A stretch of DNA of 32,000 nucleotides from Bacilli bacterium. GTDB lineage: Bacteria > Bacillota_I > Bacilli_A > RF39 > UBA660. The stretch lies in NCBI GenBank assembly GCA_022009835.1, contig CP091726.1, positions 1,163,678 through 1,195,677 on the forward strand, in the 5' to 3' direction. The translations under genes were made by a program, and so were the position numbers. Shown piece by piece: positions 1 to 10,472 of this stretch (position 1 is the first letter of the stretch; each line of letters starts with the position of its first letter). The notes beneath the pieces are model-generated. The model was not told the origin of the DNA. It worked only from the letters and a program-made list of their open reading frames with translations, and made no database searches.

Positions 1-891
1 ACTACAATTTTACAATTATCAGCAGTATTATTAGCAGTTAACGTTGGTGCATAACCATTTTTGAGAAAAAAATTCTTGATGCTTGAGCAAACTTACATTC
101 TTTATCAATTCCACAAACACCACCATTTTTTTATATTTATTTATATTTATATCGTATGTTCTATTTAAGTTATTTTTTTGTTATGAAATAAAATATTATT
201 TTTTTATCAATAATTTCGTAATTATTATCTGTTAAATAATACTTTTTCATTAACATTCTTTTTCCAAATAGTCTAATAATGTTTTATTGCATCCTTTGCC
301 ATCAATAAATTTAAAGTCTATGTCATTATCTAAGATAGCAATTAAAAAATATCTTCTTCTAGTTTGCGGTACATCATAATCAACAGCATTTAAAACTTTA
401 TCATGCAATGAATATCCTAATTCAATTAAATCCTGTTTAAACAATTTCAATGTTTCACTAAATGCTTTACTAGTTATATTAGCAACATTTTTCAAAGATA
501 ACATACTTAGGTTTTTACCTTTACCTCTCTTAACAGTCTTATCATTTCCCATCCTAAACTTGATCTGGTTGAACTTTTAAAGTCAAAACCTCTCATTCTA
601 CCAGCACAGCAAATATCTTGGCAAGGAAAACCACCTATCCATATATCACAATATGGTAAATCGGTTCCTTTAATATCTGTAATACTTTCCTAAATTTAAT
701 GTTTCATCAACATTATGAATAGCACAAAAAGATTTTATTGCATTTTTATCTATTTCAGAAAAAAATTCTAATTTATAATCTTTAATAACTCCTTCTTCTT
801 TTAATCTTTGAAACGCTTTTTCTGGTGCTCCAATACCACTAAAAAAAGTACCAACTTTTATGGTACTTTCACAATATTTATTATTTGGCAT
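1..891 (-). pseudogene. DNA (cytosine-5)-methyltransferase; 3' end runs off the window; split into at least 4 frame segments
   Basis: Minus-strand translation gives C5-MTase motifs in the canonical order. Motif I 'TFFSGIGA' is in ORF 670..939. Motif IV 'GGFPCQDI' is in an unlisted frame at ~553..669. Motif VIII 'QTRRRYF' is in ORF 250..552. A TRD-like 'KNGYAPTLTANN' lies at ~1..120. The likely start is ATG 891..889, preceded by AAGGGGG. The segments are in different frames. Confidence 0.75.
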
Positions 892-1205
892 AATATCAAC
901 CCCCTTCATTGTTACAAAAACCAAATCATCTTCCCACAATTCTTCTGAATTTATGTTTAATTTATTAATATTGTTATAAATCGCATTTTTTTCATATATC
1001 CATATTTGTTTTCTATTTTATATCCTTCTTCATCATAAAATTTGTTTTTTACAACTCTTGGTACTATATAATGAATAATTTTTTTATTAAATCAACGAAA
1101 TCATTTTTCTTCTAATAGTTCTTCAAATAAATCATTATAATAAAAAAATCTGTGAATCATTCTCATCTATATATCCTTTTTTTATTAACTCTAATGTTAA
1201 ATAAT

Positions 1206-1628
1206 TTATATTTTTTTATCAAAATTGGTTTTTATCGTCTTTATCAATTTGTATATTAGTACTTTTTTTGTGTAATATTTTTCCATATCTAGTTCATCCA
1301 TATACCGATTTTCTATATCTGGAATCAAGTCTATTTGTTTAGGCACTTCATATATTAAGTATTCATATTCAAAATAGCCTTTTTTCCCTCTTATTTTATT
1401 TATTGACAAATATCCATACAATTGTAATTCTTTTAAAGTAGATCTAATAGCTGTTTTATTTTCTTTACATATAGAACACAACCCTGTTAGTGAGTAATCC
1501 CAATCTTCTGGTAATGATAACATATAAGATAATAATCCTTTTGCCTTTAAACTCAAACTTTTATCTTGTAAATGATGATTACTCATAATTGTAAAATTTT
1601 TATTTTTTTCTATTTTAAATACAGCCAT
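1206..1628 (-). CDS. Phage/plasmid-type replication HTH protein (DnaD/replisome-organizer-like N-terminal domain)
   Basis: Intact 140-aa ORF. The N-terminus 'FTIMSNHHLQDKSLSLKAKGLLSYMLSLPEDWDYSLTGL...TLKELQLYGYL' matches, from memory, the conserved N-terminal HTH of phage/plasmid replication-initiation proteins. Confidence 0.5.
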   Translation of the reverse strand: MAVFKIEKNKNFTIMSNHHLQDKSLSLKAKGLLSYMLSLPEDWDYSLTGLCSICKENKTAIRSTLKELQLYGYLSINKIRGKKGYFEYEYLIYEVPKQIDLIPDIENRYMDELDMEKYYTKKVLIYKLIKTIKTNFDKKI

Positions 1629-1669
1629 AATTATTCCCCCTTTACTGCAACAAAAAAAGATATAGTTTC

Positions 1670-1849
1670 CTATACCTTTATAGTTATATTAAAATGTTCT
1701 TTTTTATAGTTCTTTTCTTTTCGTACTATTATCATACCCACTCTATGCTTATGAAAAGTTGGATTACCAATATGTGGATCCTCAACAATACAATTACGAT
1801 CTTCAACTAATGATAAAATCTCCCATCCTTCTCTAAAATAAGTCTCCAT
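1670..1849 (-). CDS. hypothetical 59-aa protein
   Basis: Open frame found by hand translation (METYFREGWEILSLVEDRNC...). It is co-directional with and directly downstream of ORF 1862..2230. No family recognised and the RBS is weak. Confidence 0.25.
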   Translation of the reverse strand: METYFREGWEILSLVEDRNCIVEDPHIGNPTFHKHRVGMIIVRKEKNYKKEHFNITIKV

Positions 1850-1861
1850 TTCACATTGCTT

Positions 1862-2421
1862 TTAAATATTGATTAGGATTAAGGTTATCTGTATTTTTTT
1901 ATCATCTAACCACATCAAATATTCTAAATACATAATTCCATCATCTTTTACCAAGCTTTTTAATTTTTCTATTTTTCTTTTCATAGGTATATGAGAATAC
2001 TCTTTTCTACTTAATCCTCTTTTAGAATAGACAACATCATATTGTCTATTACAGCATTCAAATATACTTTTATTATATAATCTAACTCCATCATGTAATC
2101 CCTCTATATTAATTCTATCTTCTGCACCATACATTGTTCTTCTTTGCAATACACCTTGTCCATCTTCATAAATTATTGGCATTTGAATATGTCCACCATA
2201 TATATATATTTCATTCATTTCAAAAAGCATCTACTAGATATCCTTTTTTTAAGAAACGGAATAGTATGTAATCCATCTAAACAACCAAAATCGCATACTT
2301 CTAAATTTTTCTCCATCTTTTTTTCATTTAAAAAAATTTTTAATAATGAGTAAAATGTCGTATTTACCCTTCCAAACGAACTAACTCTTGTTGTTACTGT
2401 TCCCATTAAAGTTACCTCCAT
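1862..2421 (-). CDS. hypothetical protein, probably one gene split into ORFs 1862..2230 and 2215..2421
   Basis: Two co-directional ORFs overlap by 16 nt across an A/T run. No family recognised. Confidence 0.3.
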
Positions 2422-2475
2422 TTTCTTATATTGAGCACGGTAATTTTATAAAAAATATCAATAGAAACCTCGGTA

Positions 2476-2643
2476 TTAGTATATTTTACAATGGTTATCA
2501 CCAACAACCAAGAGATGATTAATCACCCAACAACCAAGTACAGTATCAACTATAGCATCAGTATTTACCTTATAAGTATTTTTATAATACTTCTTGCCTT
2601 TTCCTACTACTGCCTTGGTTACAATTTCCTTATATGCTGACAA
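2476..2643 (-). CDS. CotE-like (outer spore coat morphogenetic protein) N-terminal segment, truncated or frameshifted
   Basis: TTG start at 2643..2641, 6 nt after GAGGGGTG. The product 'MSAYKEIVTKAVVGKGKKYYKNTY...TVLGCWVINH' parallels the B. subtilis CotE N-terminus as I recall it ('[21 protein letters not shown]...SILGGWIINHKY'). The frame stops after 55 codons. Confidence 0.4.
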   Translation of the reverse strand: MSAYKEIVTKAVVGKGKKYYKNTYKVNTDAIVDTVLGCWVINHLLVVGDNHCKIY

Positions 2644-2784
2644 AAGATATCACCCCTCACCATAATTTATGTTATAGATAAGAAAAAAAGTACCATTTTT
2701 TTGATACTTTACTATTTTTAATAAATCATCATTTCTAATAATAAAGATATTCTTATCTTTGTAGAAGGCAAAGAAAAACATCTT

Positions 2785-3368
2785 CTAATACAATATTCTT
2801 TTTTTATCTAAAAAAATTATATACCCATTTCTTATCTTTTTTTCAAATGTTTCAAAAGTATCTTCTTGAATATCACCATCTAATATAATTGGTAATGGTA
2901 ATGGTGAAATCTCTTTCTTATAAGGAAACACCGATAAAGTACCACTACTTTCTAACACAGCATATTCTACTTCCTCAATACTACGATATCCCTTATCCCT
3001 AAGTTGTACTAATAAATCATCTAAATTATATCTTTGTTTTTAGCATCTCATTATAATTAATTTTTCCATTCTTAATAATTAAAGAAGGATTACCCTCTAG
3101 AAAAAAAGCCTAAATTTTTGGGTTTTTTCAAACTAAAAGTAAGACAAAAATACATTGTAGTAATACCAATATCACTATTGGAATTAAAGAATATAAAATA
3201 CTATTCTTATAATTTTTCAATACTAATAACCGTAAGTTCTGCTATTAACAAAGATACAATTAAATCAGTTATACTAAGCTGACCAACTTCTCTCTTTCCC
3301 ATTATTCTATATATTAAAAAAATATAAATAAATAAAAAGAATACTGTTCTAACTACTACTATTGTCAT
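2785..3368 (-). CDS. DUF421 (YetF/YrbG-like) membrane protein, frameshifted
   Basis: ATG at 3368..3366. Three family-typical stretches are spread over different frames: 'IMGKREVGQLSITDLIVSLLIAELT', 'EGNPSLIIKNGKINYNEM' and 'LRDKGYRSIEEVEYAVLESSGTLSV'. Confidence 0.6.
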
Positions 3369-3441
3369 AATTATCACCATTAACATTATGTCCTAATGTA
3401 TATTTTTTTATTCAATAACATAATATTTATTGGTGATATTT

Positions 3442-3801
3442 ATGATGATAAATTATTTAAAAAAAGTTCTATCTGGACAATTAGTATCTTACTTATATCT
3501 TCTATTATTGTTACTATCTTTAATTATTTCAATAGAATAAGTGGTATACCCCTAAAAAAATACTCTTTCTCTTAATACCATTAATAAGTATATTTATTGG
3601 TAGTTATAAGTTAGGAAAACTATCAAATCAAAAAGGTTATATAGAAGGTATAAAAATATGGTAGTATATATCTTATTATCTTTCTAATTATAAGTATTAT
3701 AACTAAATCATTTACTTACCTATCAATAATATATTATATAGTACTAATGATAATATCCATATTAGGTAGTATTCTTGGTATTAATAAAAAGAGAATCCTA
3801 A
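3442..3801 (+). CDS. small multi-pass membrane protein (possibly TIGR04086/YrzE-like), frameshifted
   Basis: Hydrophobic segments ('LVSYLYLLLLLLSLII', 'YLSIIYYIVLMIISILGSILG') and 'GSYKLGKLSNQKGYIEGIK' appear when read across frame breaks. The family assignment is tentative. Confidence 0.3.
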
Positions 3802-4329
3802 AAAGTATAAGGGTTACGATATATATTACTAACAATAATATCAATAATAAAGATAAACATTACTATATAAGTATAATTATAATATTTCTTATTAAAATAT
3901 TTATCAATTACTGGTAATAATAAATAATTAAGAATAAGAGAACCTATAGCAAAAGAAAAAACACTTCTAAAACAAACAATACCATCTATGTTCAAAAATA
4001 AACCACTATAATCCCATAACCTTTGATCAAAAAAATTAATACTAATATACCCAACAACATATTCTAATAAACCAGTTATCAATATACTAAAAAAATAAAT
4101 AATAATATTGGTCTCTTTTTTTAAATCCCTTTAATAAACTTAACAAAACAGCTCCTACACCATATATTGGAAGCCAAGGGCCATATAAAACACCCCAATT
4201 ATTAAATATACCAAGTGTCATATAATAAAAAAACAACTTCATATATATATCCAGTAAAAGCTCCTAATAAAAAAATAACAAAATAATATAATAACTTATC
4301 TACAACACCCTTTTTTTCTTCTTACTCAT
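3798..4329 (-). CDS. integral membrane protein of the 'putative ABC-transporter type IV' family, frameshifted
   Basis: ORF 3798..4082 ('LLEYVVGYISINFFDQRLWDYSG') plus an upstream frame ('WGVLYGPWLPIYGVGAVLL') match that family's conserved segments as I recall them. ATG at 4329..4327. The length is not a multiple of 3. Confidence 0.5.
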
Positions 4330-4385
4330 AATAATACCTTACCTACCATAAAAAGTATAACATATTATAATTATTTATACAATAG

Positions 4386-4420
4386 AAAACAAAGACTATT
4401 TAACCAAAGTCTTTGTTTTT
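4386..4420 (-). terminator. Rho-independent terminator downstream of the lipoprotein gene
   Basis: Perfect 11-bp stem AAACAAAGACT/AGTCTTTGTTT with T-runs on either strand. Confidence 0.5.
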
Positions 4421-4507
4421 ATTATTATAAAAAAATATATCTTATCTAACATATCAGGGTAATCAGATAATTCGCTTTCTAATTCTTTAAATTCTTCTTC
4501 ACTTAAA

Positions 4508-5311
4508 TCATATAAAAGGTACTATAAATAAATTATCATTAGATATCTTACCCTTAATACCAAGATAACTTCTATAAAGAAGAAGAGAATAATAACCATC
4601 ACCATTATAAGTCATAACAACATTAGTAGTATTAAAAGAATTACCTGAAGTAACATCATTAAACTCATACTGAATAGTATTACTATATTCTGGTATTACA
4701 GCCTCACTTTGTGTACCTTTTAATAAAATATATTTAGGAAGTTTATTCCTATATTCTAAATGATCTCTTTTACTTTTTTTATTATCATAACTATCTTTAA
4801 TCTTCAATACAAAATACTCATCATTAATATATTCTTTCTTACCAGTATTTAAAATATTATAAACATCGTTCTCTTTATAATCTTTCTTCTTAATATTCTT
4901 AATACCAAGAATCTCTCTTCTATAACCACTACCAGGATTAATAACCCAAGAATTATTACCACTAATAACATAACCATCTGGAGTTTTAACTTCGGTTAAA
5001 ATATATATCTTATCTTCTAAACCAATTAATCTATGAGCCTTCTTATCACTAACCCAACTATCGATTAAATTATTATACTCATCCTTAAGAATAAATTCTG
5101 CTCCCTCAAGTATATTATCATTATAGTCCTCAACAAAAATATCACAAAACCATTCATCAGGACCATTCTTAATTTCTTCATAAATAGAGGCTTTTTCACT
5201 AGTAGCATACTGTCCCCTTTTCTTACCACAACTAGTTAAACCAAATGAAGTAATTATTATACTAGTAGCCAAAAGTAACGACACTATTCTTCTTTTACCA
5301 TTATCATTCAT
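4508..5311 (-). CDS. lipoprotein with a prealbumin/SpaA (Cna-B)-like domain
   Basis: Intact 267-aa ORF. It has a lipobox signal peptide ('LLLATSIIITSFGLTSCGKK'). 'FVEDYNDNILEGAEFILKDEYNNLIDSWVSDKK...LTEVKTPDGYV' resembles SpaA-type fold repeats. Confidence 0.6.
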   Translation of the reverse strand: MNDNGKRRIVSLLLATSIIITSFGLTSCGKKRGQYATSEKASIYEEIKNGPDEWFCDIFVEDYNDNILEGAEFILKDEYNNLIDSWVSDKKAHRLIGLEDKIYILTEVKTPDGYVISGNNSWVINPGSGYRREILGIKNIKKKDYKENDVYNILNTGKKEYINDEYFVLKIKDSYDNKKSKRDHLEYRNKLPKYILLKGTQSEAVIPEYSNTIQYEFNDVTSGNSFNTTNVVMTYNGDGYYSLLLYRSYLGIKGKISNDNLFIVPFI

Positions 5312-5366
5312 TACAATACAATTCTCCTTTGACCACTATTATATCAATAATTAAAAATAAAGTCAA

Positions 5367-6087
5367 CTATTCAGTAAGTAATTTAGATAAAGAAACAATA
5401 TTATAACCTCTACTAGTAATATATCTAATAATAATATCAATATTATCTATATCATTAAGTAATATAATACTACCATTACTAAGCTTATTCTTAATATCAC
5501 TATAATTACCTATTATTGTAGGAATAACTGCCATCATATTATTACTATTACATATATTTAAATAAACACTATTCTTTTCTTTAAATAAACAATATTTAGA
5601 ACTATTATTACTTATCCTATTAATTAAGGCATTATCATTTTCTAATATACTATCACTATATATTCCATTATTACCATAAGTATATAATTCATTATTCTTT
5701 AGTTTTTTTAATATTATTAATATTAATATCATTATGATTTAAATATAACGATAAATTATTAATACCCTTAATCTTATCATAATCCCTATCATTATATATA
5801 ATAACTAAGGCAACATTCTTCTTATTACTTCCTCTAATAATATACTTATCCATATTATTAACTAAACTATTACTAGGCATAATATTTCTATATACCAAAG
5901 CTTCTTCCCTAAAAATACCCCCTAATTTCATTTCTTCATAACTCTTATCAACATCAACTTCTATTCCTTTAATACCTGGTATAATAGTATCATTATTAAT
6001 AATAGCATTAACAGGTAACACTTCATAACTATCCTTAATATCATTTAATTTAATCATTAAAGGATCTCTATTATTAAGTATATTCAT
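5367..6087 (-). CDS. divergent polysaccharide-deacetylase-like protein, frameshifted (ORFs 5367..5732 and 5692..6087)
   Basis: Two overlapping co-directional ORFs. 'IIPGIKGIEVDVDKSYEEMK', 'NKKNVALVIIYND' and the C-terminal 'GSIILLNDID...IIRYITSRGYNIVSLSKLL' resemble the deacetylase fold layout. Catalytic residues are not verifiable by eye. Confidence 0.35.
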
Positions 6088-6327
6088 TACTTTATCAGTA
6101 TAATAAAAAAACTAAAAACATACTAATCCAATTATTAAAAAAATATTCTAATTATATTTTTTTCAAGATAACCACCTAATTAAATATATGTATATATATT
6201 AAAAAGTATACAATAAAGACCTAATAGAAAGAATATATAAATAATATTAAATCCCAAATTCCTATCATACAAAAGATACAAAAAGTATCCTTTTTCTATA
6301 TATCATATTTAAAACAAACAATTAAAA

Positions 6328-6774
6328 TTATTTTTTAGCTTGTTTTAAAGCTTTTTCTAAAGCAGCATATAAAGCATCAATTTTAATAGTACAACCACTT
6401 ACAGTATCAGTATAACCATCATCATTTAAAGTAATTTTATCTAAACCTTGGTTGTCAACAACATTTTTTTCTAATGCTTCTACTTGAGTATACCATTCAC
6501 CTATTTTAGAACCATAAGGATGATTATACATACCATAAGCATCTCCTAATGTTTTTTTAGTAGTTTCTACTCCATCTTTAGTATAAGTAGTATCTAAATT
6601 AACATCAGTAATCTTACCATTTTTATCTACTGTTACAATAGCAGTAGCAGTATTATTCTGACCACCATAACTATCAGTAGCGGTTCCTGTATATACTCCT
6701 TCTTTATATCCTTTAGAACAGCCAGTTAAAACTAATAATCCTATTACCCCCAATGCAAATAGTTTCTTTTTCAT
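6328..6774 (-). CDS. FMN-binding-domain lipoprotein
   Basis: Intact 148-aa ORF with lipobox 'LLVLTGCSKG'. 'GVYTGTATDSYGG...ATAIVTVDKNGKITDV' and 'DTVSGCTIKIDALYAALEKAL' fit the FMN_bind pattern. Confidence 0.65.
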   Translation of the reverse strand: MKKKLFALGVIGLLVLTGCSKGYKEGVYTGTATDSYGGQNNTATAIVTVDKNGKITDVNLDTTYTKDGVETTKKTLGDAYGMYNHPYGSKIGEWYTQVEALEKNVVDNQGLDKITLNDDGYTDTVSGCTIKIDALYAALEKALKQAKK

Positions 6775-6874
6775 AACTTCCTCCTACTTAAATATTATAA
6801 AATATTTTTTTTAATTTTACTAGTCCTAAATTACTACTTTATTTGCATTTTACAATATTATCTAACTTTTTCTA

Positions 6875-7048
6875 TTATATTTTAAATCCATGGCATAGTC
6901 TCTTAATTTTTTTAAAGTATCTAAAGTAGGTTTTTGTATATTCCTCTAAAGTCATACCATATCCTTCTAATTCTTCATAACTAGGATGGTTTAATTTACT
7001 CATAAAGATAAAAAATGCTCTATCTATTTCTTTATTTGTCATATCCAT
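6875..7048 (-). CDS. hypothetical 57-aa protein
   Basis: Hand-translated intact frame (MDMTNKEIDRAFFIFMSKLNHPSYEELEGYGMTLEEY...). It is preceded by a strong RBS, GGGAGGTG, 5 nt upstream. It falls below the ORF-track length cutoff. Confidence 0.4.
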   Translation of the reverse strand: MDMTNKEIDRAFFIFMSKLNHPSYEELEGYGMTLEEYTKTYFRYFKKIKRLCHGFKI

Positions 7049-7107
7049 ACCATCACCTCCCTTCTAATAACATAATAATATCTTATGAAAACAAAATAAT
7101 AATATTA

Positions 7108-8340
7108 CTACTTATTATCAATTAATCTCTTAATAGCCCTATTAACGATAATTTTACCATATTTATAACTAATAGAACCTTGTTGATAGGCAATATAAGG
7201 ACTTCTTAATGGTCCATCACAAGATAGTTCAATAGAACTACCTTCAGTAAAACTACCTGATGCCATAATAATTTTATCATCATAACCAGGCATCTCTGAA
7301 GGCATAATTGTAGCTCCACTATCAACTTTAGAATTATACTGAATACCTCTTACATATTCAATTAAATCATTTTCATTATTAAAAATAATATTTTGAACAA
7401 TATCAGCTCTATCATCATTGTATTTAGGACTAACATTATAACCTAGTTTTTCAAATAAATAAGCCGTATAAACCGCTGTTTTAAGTGCATTAGCAACCAC
7501 CATCGGAGCAAAATATAATCCCTCTAAAATATATCTATTTTGATTTAAAGAAGGACCAACTTCCCTGCCTTGCCCAGGAACATTAAGTCTATCAGCACAT
7601 AATTCTACTAACTCTTTTTTACCAACAATATAACCACCATTTGAAGTAATAGCTCCACCTAGATTTTTAATAAGTGAACCAACACAAATATCTGCTCCTA
7701 CTTCAGTAGGTTCTTTAGTACTAACAAGTTCACAGTAGCAGTTATCAATCATAACAATAATATTTTTATCAATACTTTTAATTAATTTAATTACTTTCTC
7801 TATCTTATCAATACCAATACTCTCTCTTGTACTATAACCTTTACTTCTTTGTATCTCAATTACTTTTTACTTTATTATTACTTAAATAATCCCTAATACT
7901 ATTATAATTAAAATCATTATCTACTAAATCAATTTGACTATAATTAATATTATAAGCCTTTTAAAGAAGAAGGATTATCATTAAAGCCAATAACACTATC
8001 TAATGTATCATAAGGTTTTCCACTAATAGACAAAAGAGTATCTCCTGGTCTTAATAATCCAAAAAAACAAGTAGTAAGAGCATGAGTACCAGATATAAAT
8101 TGACATCTAACTAAAGCAGCTTCAGCCTTAAAAACATTAGCATACACATCCTCTATCTTATCTCTACCAATATCATTATAACCATAACCAGTAGTACTAT
8201 TAAAATGAACCTCACTAATACCATTATCTATAAAAGCATTAAGAACCTTCTCACTATTATATTCCTCAATAAAAATCTATTTTTATCATTAATCTCTTTT
8301 TAAATCAATATTACTACTTTTTAATAAAATCATCTAACAT
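7108..8340 (-). CDS. methionine gamma-lyase family / 'aluminium resistance' PLP enzyme (YnbB-like), frameshifted
   Basis: 'TTGYGYNDIGRDKIEDVYANVFKAEAALVRCQFISGTHALTTCFFGLLRPGDTLLSISGKPYDTLDSVIG' and ORF 7108..7752 ('IMASGSFTEGSSIELSCDGPLRSPY') are family-typical. ATG at 8340..8338. There are several frame breaks around 7750..7950. Confidence 0.75.
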
Positions 8341-9073
8341 TTCTTACCTCCATCTATTCTAATAATACTATTATTAATATATTTAGCTTCATCACTAATT
8401 AAAAAAATAAACAAGATTAGCTACCTCATAAGCTTCACCAAATCTTCCCAATAATATCTTATTTTTTTCTCACTAGTAATAAAATCATCATCTAAATTAT
8501 TATTCATATTAGTATTAATCCATCCAGGACATATTGTATTAACTCTAACATATGGTGCCAAATAATTAGCAATATTATTAGACAAAGAAATAAGTCCTGC
8601 TTTAGAGGCATCATAATCCAAACTCTCTACATAAGGAGTATCAATTCCATTAGTAGAACTAATATTAATAATTACTCCATCCTTATTTTTCTTTCATCTT
8701 TAAACCAATCTTTTTTTACATAAAAGAAATGGAGCAATAAGATTAACTCCTAATATCTTCATAAAATTATCCTTATTCTTATCCTCAAACATTGTATCAA
8801 TGGCAATACCAGCATTATTAACAAGAACATCTATCTTATCATACCTATCATAAATAACATTAATTATATTATTAATATCTTCTTCATTAGATAAATCACC
8901 TTTAACTAAAAAGAGTTTCCCTATTATACTTATTATCAATATCATTTTTTTAATTTAAGAGCCTCATTATAATTACTATTATAATGTAATATAACTTCAT
9001 AATCACTAGCCAATTTACTAGCAATTTCTTTTCCAATACCACTAGAACTACCAGTTATCAATGCAACCTTCAT
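8334..9073 (-). CDS. short-chain dehydrogenase/reductase (FabG-like), frameshifted
   Basis: N-terminus 'MKVALITGSSSGIGKEIA' carries the TGxxxGIG motif. 'VLVNNAGI' (NNAG) and 'YDASKAGLISLS' (YxxxK) follow. The three segments are in different frames. The stop at 8334..8336 overlaps the downstream ATG. Confidence 0.75.
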
Positions 9074-9183
9074 AATACACTTCTTCCTTTCATCTATGGT
9101 ATTATATCATATTTTAAATATTTTTTAAAGAAAATACTTGTCAAAAAAAACAAAAATATATGATATTATTGATATTGTCTTAT

Positions 9184-9260
9184 GGCGGAATTGGTGAAGT
9201 GGTTAACACGGTGGATTGTGGTTCCATTATACGTGGGTTCGATTCCCACATTCCGTCCCA
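9184..9260 (+). tRNA. tRNA-His (GTG)
   Basis: A cloverleaf folds by hand. It has the extra G(-1), the 8-bp acceptor stem typical of tRNA-His, anticodon loop TTGTGGT, T-loop GTGGG-TTCGATT-CCCAC and an encoded CCA. Confidence 0.92.
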
Positions 9261-9271
9261 GATAGTAATTT

Positions 9272-9308
9272 AACTAACTTATTCATTTAAGTTAGTTTTT
9301 TTATTTTT
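9272..9308 (+). terminator. Rho-independent terminator after tRNA-His
   Basis: 9-bp stem AACTAACTT/AAGTTAGTT with an 8-nt loop, followed by a T-run. Confidence 0.6.
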
Positions 9309-9310
9309 TA

Positions 9311-9495
9311 CTACCATTTGGATAAATTTTCTATTTCCAAATACTATCCAAATTATATCATAAATATTATTTTATTCTCTACCCTACTTGTAAAAGCATT
9401 AACTGCTACATTAAAGTCAGTTTCTCCATAACCGTGAACCTCCATATCTTCTATATTCTTCTCAGTTCTAATATCATGAAAGTCATAAAAATATC
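9311..9495 (-). pseudogene. decayed fragment of a second metallopeptidase-vWA gene (3' end only)
   Basis: 9311..9350 aligns with 10535..10575 and 9362..9490 aligns with 10621..10750, the C-terminal coding part of the vWA gene. There are scattered substitutions and an internal ~45-nt deletion. Confidence 0.7.
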
Positions 9496-9594
9496 ATAAT
9501 TAAAACTAAGTAAATACTTACTTAGTTCTAATTTGTTTTTATTTCATTATATTTATTACTAACATTTTTTTCTGACTAATACTTTAGGATTTTT

Positions 9595-10004
9595 TTAAAA
9601 ACTTAATGTTTCACTCTCAATTCCTGCTGCTGCATTTATAATTCTTACTTTTTTTGTTCTAATTCAAAAATCATAATATGAATATGTTGAATACTCATTT
9701 CCTAAGTAGTCTTTTCTATTAATAAATGCTTTAATATGCTCAGGATTACTTTTTTTAATAAAGTATCTAATTCTTCATATATCTTTTGATAAAAAAAGTA
9801 GAATAAATAACTTCGCCTTCTTTTAATATAGATACCCTAAAATCAAGTGTAGGAATATCCATCAAATAATCAAGTTGATTTCTAAAAGTACCTCTTCTTG
9901 TACTTATAGATAAAGATAAGTCTTTATCTATAGCAATATTATTATTCTTATTAAGTAAATATTCAGTTAAAAGCAATATAATATAATTTTTTTCTAAATG
10001 TCAT
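9595..10004 (-). CDS. hypothetical protein, fragmented (includes ORF 9767..9976)
   Basis: ATG at 10004..10002 lies behind a strong RBS (GAGGGGGA). The reading frame breaks at A/T runs. No family recognised. Confidence 0.3.
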
Positions 10005-10110
10005 ATTTATTTCCCCCTCACAAACAAGTAAATTATAACACATTAACTATTAAAAAGTCAAATTTTTGTCCATACCCATTTTTTAAATATTACATCCATT
10101 ATAAATAAAA

Positions 10111-10403
10111 AAATATAAATAAAATAACATAAAAAGCACCATAATAATAAAGAGGTGTATATATAAATGAATAATAAAATAATAAATAAACTAAAAAGAA
10201 GAAACTAATAATAGTAGTTATATAATTTATAGAGAAAAATATATAAAAAAAATAAAGATAGATATAATATATAACGAAGCATTAACAGATCAAGATAAAA
10301 TGTCTAATTATATATATAGAAGTTTAGACTATATAGATAGCATATATAAAGGAAAAAGATTCATTATATGATGTCATAAAAAAATAACATAAGTAATATC
10401 AAA
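10111..10403 (+). repeat. Direct repeat, left copy: orphan duplicate of the gerA upstream region, RBS and first ~80 codons
   Basis: Aligns end to end with 18204..18494, with only a few substitutions and homopolymer-length differences. Both copies contain AAAGAGGTG-N9-ATG 'MNNKIINKLKRR'. Confidence 0.85.
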
Positions 10404-10435
10404 TTACAAATATAAAGTAGTATATTCTACAAAAA

Positions 10436-10472
10436 TCAAAAAAATCAATAATTTAAACTATTGATTTTTTCT
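10436..10472 (-). terminator. A/T-rich hairpin terminator at the 3' end of the AAA-vWA operon
   Basis: On the minus strand: AAAAAATCAATA-gtttaaat-TATTGATTTTTT. It overlaps the vWA stop codon and is followed by a T-run. It is AT-only and therefore weak. Confidence 0.4.

Noticed and set aside
120-160. Short tandem pattern 'tttatatttatttatatttatat'.
   Set aside because: This is a low-complexity A/T microrepeat inside the fragmented dcm region, with no evidence of function.
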